Both the position numbers and the translations under genes were made by a program. A stretch of DNA of 64,000 nucleotides from Trichormus sp. ATA11-4-KO1 (GTDB lineage Bacteria > Cyanobacteriota > Cyanobacteriia > Cyanobacteriales > Nostocaceae): positions 64,001 through 128,000 of the forward strand of contig JAHHIM010000009.1 in assembly GCA_019358915.1 (NCBI GenBank), given 5' to 3'. The notes below the pieces were generated by a model. It was not told the DNA's origin and made no database searches. It worked only from the letters and a program-made list of their open reading frames with translations. The first letter of the stretch is position 1. Every line of letters begins with the position of its first letter. This document shows positions 60,259 through 64,000 of this stretch, piece after piece.

Positions 60259-61053
60259 ATGCAGGGTAATCGTCAACAAACCGCTCTTATTACTGGTGCA
60301 TCTGGTGGGATTGGCTATGAGTTCGTGAAGTTATTTGCTCAGGATGGCTACAATCTGGTATTAGTAGCTAGAAATGAGCAAAAATTAAATCAAATTGCTG
60401 ATGAATTCCCGCGAAAATTTGGCATTAATGTCACAGTTATTGCTAAAGATTTGTCTCTTCCTACAGCGCCAGAGGAAATCTTTGCCCAGTTACAACAAGC
60501 ATCCATTAAGGTTGATGTGCTGGTCAACAATGCTGGGTTTGCTACCTACGGATTATTTAACGAACTTGACTTGACTAAAGAACTGCAAATGGTACAGGTA
60601 AATGTAGTGTGTCTCACCCATTTAACTAAGTTGTTCTTAAAAGATATGGTGAAGCAAGGCTACGGCAAAATATTAAATGTAGCCTCAACTGCGGCTTTTC
60701 AACCAGGCCCATTGATGGCGGTTTATTACGCGACAAAAGCCTATGTCTTATTATTTTCGGAAGCGATCGCCAATGAATTAGAAGGTACTGGTGTCTCTGT
60801 GACTGCTGTTTGTCCAGGGCCTACGGAATCTGGTTTTCAACAAAGAGCCGCCATGGAAGACTCTAAACTAGTCAGTGGTCAAAAGATTATGGATGCGGCA
60901 ACTGTTGCCAAAATTGGTTATCGTGGCTTGTTAGACGGCAAAACTGTGGTTGTGCCTGGTGTGAAAAATAAGCTACTCACGGAAACAGTCAGATTCACAC
61001 CCAGAAAGCTCGTGACTAAACTAGTCAGAAGTATGCAGGAAAGCAAACAATAG
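60259..61053 (+). CDS. SDR oxidoreductase (DltE-like)
   Basis: TGASGGIG, NNAG, YYATK, CPGPT; ATG 60259 preferred. Confidence 0.93.
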   Translation: MQGNRQQTALITGASGGIGYEFVKLFAQDGYNLVLVARNEQKLNQIADEFPRKFGINVTVIAKDLSLPTAPEEIFAQLQQASIKVDVLVNNAGFATYGLFNELDLTKELQMVQVNVVCLTHLTKLFLKDMVKQGYGKILNVASTAAFQPGPLMAVYYATKAYVLLFSEAIANELEGTGVSVTAVCPGPTESGFQQRAAMEDSKLVSGQKIMDAATVAKIGYRGLLDGKTVVVPGVKNKLLTETVRFTPRKLVTKLVRSMQESKQ

Positions 61054-61152
61054 GTAATACGATTTACACAAAGACTACTCAAAATCCTCAGTGTGGTGTT
61101 AGGCTGTAGTATGCAAATAAACATAAATTATCGTTGTGTAAATCCTCACTCT

Positions 61153-61578
61153 ATGTCTAAGTTAATATCAGCGTCATTGCTCGCTACAGCCTTGCTGTTG
61201 ACATCTACCCATGACTCCAATATTACACTGGCTGGAACCTGTGCTTCTCGGTGTGGGCCGCGGCCAATTCAGTTTACACCTGGACAACGTATTCGAGTTC
61301 AAGTAGTCAATCGCACACCACGCCTGATTACATTACAAAAACCTTCTGCTACTGATCCCATCTTCCTACGACCCGGACAGGAATTACAATTGGAACATGG
61401 AGATGGTACACAGCCAAATATGTCTCTTGTTTTCTGGGATGAAACAGGTCGGTCGTTACAAGCCAATGTCTCAAAACCCAACTTTGGCACATTGCAAGTG
61501 GAATTTCGTCCCACTTGGCGGACTCCAGGCGATCGCTCTGTCTATATTCTCAATGATGGTCGGGTAGATGTGTTTTAA
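61153..61578 (+). CDS. Conserved hypothetical exported protein
   Basis: Signal-like MSKLISASLLATALLL, then AGTCASRCG..PIQFTPGQ. Confidence 0.7.
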   Translation: MSKLISASLLATALLLTSTHDSNITLAGTCASRCGPRPIQFTPGQRIRVQVVNRTPRLITLQKPSATDPIFLRPGQELQLEHGDGTQPNMSLVFWDETGRSLQANVSKPNFGTLQVEFRPTWRTPGDRSVYILNDGRVDVF

Positions 61579-61669
61579 CTGCTAGCAAATAGTGTTATGA
61601 GTTATGAGTTAAGCAACAACTTTTCATGTAAAACTCACAACTCATAACTGAACGTTTCTATTTTCTATT

Positions 61670-63805
61670 GTGCTAGACCAAGCTTTCCCACAACCTGCAA
61701 CACCTCGCAAGCGCTTACCTAATCAGCGTTGGCAAATTTATCCACAAAAACCAGAATTTGCCCAAAATTTGGCGATGGTGACAAATCTTTCCCCGATTAT
61801 CAGCCAGCTGCTAATTAATCGTGGTATCGAAACACCAGAACAAGCACAGGCATTTTTAGATCCAGAATCGTTAATTTTGCCTTCACCCTGGGAAGAATTC
61901 CCCGATTTGGCGATAAGTGTAGAGTTGTTGCAAGAGGCGATCGCATCCCAAGCCAAAATCGCCATCTGTGGTGACTATGATGCTGATGGAATGACTAGTA
62001 CGGCTTTACTGTTGCGTAGTCTCCGCACCTTAGGCGCTCAAGTGAATTATGCTATCCCCAGTCGGATGCACGAAGGTTATGGCATTAATCAACGGATTGT
62101 GGAAGAATTTCACGATGAAGGTGTCAGATTAATTCTCACTGTTGATAATGGGATTTCGGCATTTGCACCCATTGCTAGAGCCAGGGAACTGGGTTTAAAA
62201 GTAATTGTCACCGATCACCACGATATTCCCCAAAAATTACCCCCAGCTAACGCCATACTTAACCCCAAACTAATAGCAGAATCTTCACCTTATCGGGGTG
62301 TTGCTGGTGTTGGTGTTGCTTATATTTTGGCGGTGTCCCTGGCGCAACAGTTAGGACAAATTAAGGGATTGGTTCAGCCAATGTTAGCGTTATTTACTCT
62401 GGGAACGATCGCAGATTTAGCTCCCTTAACTGGTGTCAATCGTCGCTGGGTAAAACGGGGTTTGAAGCATTTACCCAAGTCTAATTTGCCGGGAATACAG
62501 GCGTTAATTCAGATGGCTGGGGTGCAGGTGCGAGGAGCAGAGGAGCAGAGGAGCAGAGGAGCAGGGGAGAAAATCCCAAATTCCAAATCTTTAAAGCCGG
62601 AAGATATCGGCTTTCGCTTGGGGCCACGAATTAATGCCATTGGTCGGATTGGTGACCCCCAAACAGTGATTGAATTGTTGACTACGGATGATATGGGAAT
62701 CGCACTGGAACGCGCCATGCAGTGCGAACAAACAAACACCAGTCGCCAGCAAATGTGTGAGGAAATCGAACAAGAAGCGATCGCTTATGTAGAAACAGAG
62801 TTTGTCTCTTGTCTACAGCAAGACCGAGTTTTGGTCGTTGTGCAACCTCACTGGCATCATGGTGTGATTGGAATTGTCGCCTCTCGTTTGGTGGAACGCT
62901 ACGGGGTTCCTGTATTTATTGGCACTTATGAAGATGAAGCACATATTCGCGGTTCAGCACGGGGAATTCCCGAATTTCATGTGTTTGAGGCGCTGGAATA
63001 TTGTCACGATTTGCTAGGTAAATTTGGCGGACACAAAGCAGCCGGAGGATTTTCTTTACCAGCAGAAAATTTGTTAGAATTGCGATCGCGGTTGTGTGAG
63101 TTTGCTAATCAATGTCTGGAACCGCAGCACCTCAAGCCACTACTCAAAATTGATGCTCAAGCTCATCTTCATCAACTTAATCAACAGCTTTACCAACAGC
63201 TCAATGCTCTCCATCCTTGCGGTATGGATAACCCTGATCCGGTATTCTGGACAGCTAATGTTCAAGTTATGGAACAGCAAATTGTTGGCAAGGGTCATAT
63301 TAAGCTGACACTTGCCCAAACTATAAATGATCAGCAATCCAAAATTAAAGCGATCGCCTGGCGTTGGCGTGACTACTTTCCTCTACCGCCGCGAGTCGAT
63401 ATCGCTTACAAGCTGCGAGAAAATCACTTTAATGGCAATACTACCATTGAGTTGGAATTACTAGGTGTTAGACTACCAAAGGATCATCCCTGTGAAGAGT
63501 CTATCAACCCAAGAGGGCTGACACCATCTGACTTATTTTCTGGTTTGTCACCTAATTCATCTAGAACAAGCTTTCAATATAAACAGCGCCACTATACTTG
63601 TGGCATCTATCGCAACGATGCTTTACCTGAATTAAGAATTAAAAATCCTGAAGGCAAAGTTTTAGTCATGCACCCAGGACGTACAATCGGTTTATTAGGC
63701 AATAATCGTGAAGATGCTATCGAGGTTGATATCTCTCAACCACAGTATAACCAAATTATCCAAGCTGCCCTTCAAGCATTATCAGCACTGAGTCCTGATG
63801 TATGA
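61670..63805 (+). CDS. recJ: ssDNA exonuclease RecJ
   Basis: GDYDADG, TVDNG, TDHH, GPRINAIGRI, GGHKAAGG. Confidence 0.97.
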   Translation: MLDQAFPQPATPRKRLPNQRWQIYPQKPEFAQNLAMVTNLSPIISQLLINRGIETPEQAQAFLDPESLILPSPWEEFPDLAISVELLQEAIASQAKIAICGDYDADGMTSTALLLRSLRTLGAQVNYAIPSRMHEGYGINQRIVEEFHDEGVRLILTVDNGISAFAPIARARELGLKVIVTDHHDIPQKLPPANAILNPKLIAESSPYRGVAGVGVAYILAVSLAQQLGQIKGLVQPMLALFTLGTIADLAPLTGVNRRWVKRGLKHLPKSNLPGIQALIQMAGVQVRGAEEQRSRGAGEKIPNSKSLKPEDIGFRLGPRINAIGRIGDPQTVIELLTTDDMGIALERAMQCEQTNTSRQQMCEEIEQEAIAYVETEFVSCLQQDRVLVVVQPHWHHGVIGIVASRLVERYGVPVFIGTYEDEAHIRGSARGIPEFHVFEALEYCHDLLGKFGGHKAAGGFSLPAENLLELRSRLCEFANQCLEPQHLKPLLKIDAQAHLHQLNQQLYQQLNALHPCGMDNPDPVFWTANVQVMEQQIVGKGHIKLTLAQTINDQQSKIKAIAWRWRDYFPLPPRVDIAYKLRENHFNGNTTIELELLGVRLPKDHPCEESINPRGLTPSDLFSGLSPNSSRTSFQYKQRHYTCGIYRNDALPELRIKNPEGKVLVMHPGRTIGLLGNNREDAIEVDISQPQYNQIIQAALQALSALSPDV

Positions 63806-63842
63806 CTTTTTCATGTACTCAGGACTCAGGAACAAAGCACTC

Positions 63843-63965
63843 TTACATATTGCCGTTGCGAAATGCCAGCAAAAAGATGACTGCTGGGCCAGCAATGATG
63901 ATTAGTGAAACGGAAACTAGCTGAAAAATAACTTCCCAATTAATACTGGCTAATGCTTCAAACAT
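63843..63965 (-). CDS. psb30: Photosystem II protein Psb30 (Ycf12)
   Basis: Hand-translated MFEALASINWEVIFQLVSVSLIIIAGPAVIFLLAFRNGNM. Confidence 0.93.
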   Translation of the reverse strand: MFEALASINWEVIFQLVSVSLIIIAGPAVIFLLAFRNGNM

Positions 63966-64000
63966 TTTTTCCCTTGTCCTCCCAAATGTCTTAAAAAATT

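Overview
The window is 64 kb of chromosome from a heterocyst-forming (Nostocales-type) cyanobacterium, judged from abundant HIP1 GCGATCGC octamers, 7-mer STRR repeats and the short-type kaiA-kaiB-kaiC-hgdD arrangement. The core scaffold holds psbEFLJ, an agmatinase, gor-prx-furC/perR, a GAF/PAS two-component trio, ycf51, hgdD, kaiABC, hemH, sbcD, recJ and psb30. Three accessory blocks stand out. (1) A paeninodin-type lasso peptide cluster (5.0-11.1 kb) with an atypical precursor. (2) A decayed restriction-modification island (38.2-43.9 kb) in which promoterless toxin-antitoxin and Uma2 cassettes are each preceded by a diverged copy of the 3' coding end of an hsdS-like gene, forming an integron-like array with no integrase in view. 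(3) A candidate oxylipin/lipid-oxidation cluster (47.7-61.1 kb) combining a lipoxygenase, three RoxA/MauG-like di-haem c proteins, an old yellow enzyme, an ABM-fold protein, a reductase, a lipase-like hydrolase and an SDR. All functional calls come from motif recognition by eye; no searches were run.
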